This document shows, piece after piece, positions 63,019-64,000 of a DNA stretch of 64,000 bases. Origin of the DNA: Enoplolaimus lenunculus (Eukaryota); assembly GCA_030248215.1 (NCBI GenBank), contig JASANG010001402.1, positions 434,001 through 498,000 on the forward strand. The letters run 5' to 3'. Positions within the stretch are counted from its first letter, which is position 1, and every line of letters starts with the position of its first letter. The translations under genes were made by a program, and so were the position numbers. Under the pieces are notes generated by a model. The model searched no databases. It was given only the letters and a program-made list of their open reading frames with translations, and was not told where the DNA came from.

Positions 63019-64000
63019 TTTCTTATGGTTATCATATAAAGCCACACTTTAAACAACTTATTGCTATGGTCGTGGTTGCTCGAAATGTTACTAGATTATG
63101 AGTTTTCAACTCTGATTTTGTTACATAGATGAACTCGATTTGGAAGCTGAGGTATTTCGAGAACTCCAACATTAATTTTTCTTAAAAGTTAAAAATCGAC
63201 CTTATGGTTTAGAGGATGACTATCACAAAGCTATTGCTAAGGGAGCACGATCGTTACATACGGATTGAGGTTTAGAGTACAGGCCACTACCAGTATTATT
63301 TTAATGACAGCAATGTGAGGTCACATAATAGTATAACGAATTTGAAAATTGTCTATAAATCAAGTGACGTACTTTATACAAAATTGATTGCCATTTTTGC
63401 TTTTAATGTGGCAGTCGAAGTGTGCATGTTGGGCTCTATTGATTTATTATATAATGTAATGGCTTACTCTTAGTGACGGGATTTTATCTTCGATTTTTAT
63501 CTTTAAGCCAACTATTTGTTTTTGAAATCAAGACAGTGTTTTTCAGAACGAATTTTTCCAGCCAGATTTTTAGGTTCACAGACAAGGCTGTAATGTAAAA
63601 CCGTAGGACGGATAACTTGAAGGGCAGGTTTGAGGGATTGGAGGTGATTTATATATTATTTTCATATGAAGCTGGTTTTGATCAAGGAAAGGTAGCAAAA
63701 AGAAGCTGCTGATTGTTGACGCAAATTAGGGACTTTTTTAGTCAGCTGAACTTTGATATAAAACGGTCTGTTTTGTATGGTTTGTAGTACTTACGAGGTT
63801 ACTACCATGTATTTTCCAATTTTGTCGACATAATATAGGATCAGATAAAGAATTAACGAAATACGGTGAGATGCGTGAACAGAGGAATGGCGTAGCTAGT
63901 GAAGCGGCCACAAATACAGAAATTTTGTAAGTAAACTAAAGGTTGCGAGCAATGGACTTCATTTTTCTAGCAAAAGTAATTTATTTCCGGGGCGCGAATA

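Overview
AT-rich eukaryotic (animal) genomic DNA, most likely a nematode: TTTCAG-dominated splice acceptors, abundant TTAGGC repeats and a nematode-like histone H1 (inference only). Three spliced protein-coding genes can be rebuilt by hand. (1) An FGFRL1/nou-darake-type kinase-less FGF receptor (+, six exons, 31678-42388; signal-peptide exon not securely located). (2) An unrecognised ~104-aa secreted 8-Cys protein (+) whose start codon appears split AT|G by a 3.4-kb intron (48242-52772). (3) An intron-containing histone H1 (-, 58391-56964). The rest is a dense set of short non-autonomous DNA transposons, plus tRNA-like fragments, an L1/Tx1-like 3' remnant and several tandem arrays. Two repeat observations stand out. 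One is a GG-terminated, 8-bp-TSD (Merlin-like) MITE superfamily carrying TTAGGC telomere-type arrays (at least 13 two-ended copies). The other is a 35-unit 61/57-bp satellite inside a MITE whose sister copy in the same window has only a single monomer. Nearly all ORFs in the supplied track are spurious.
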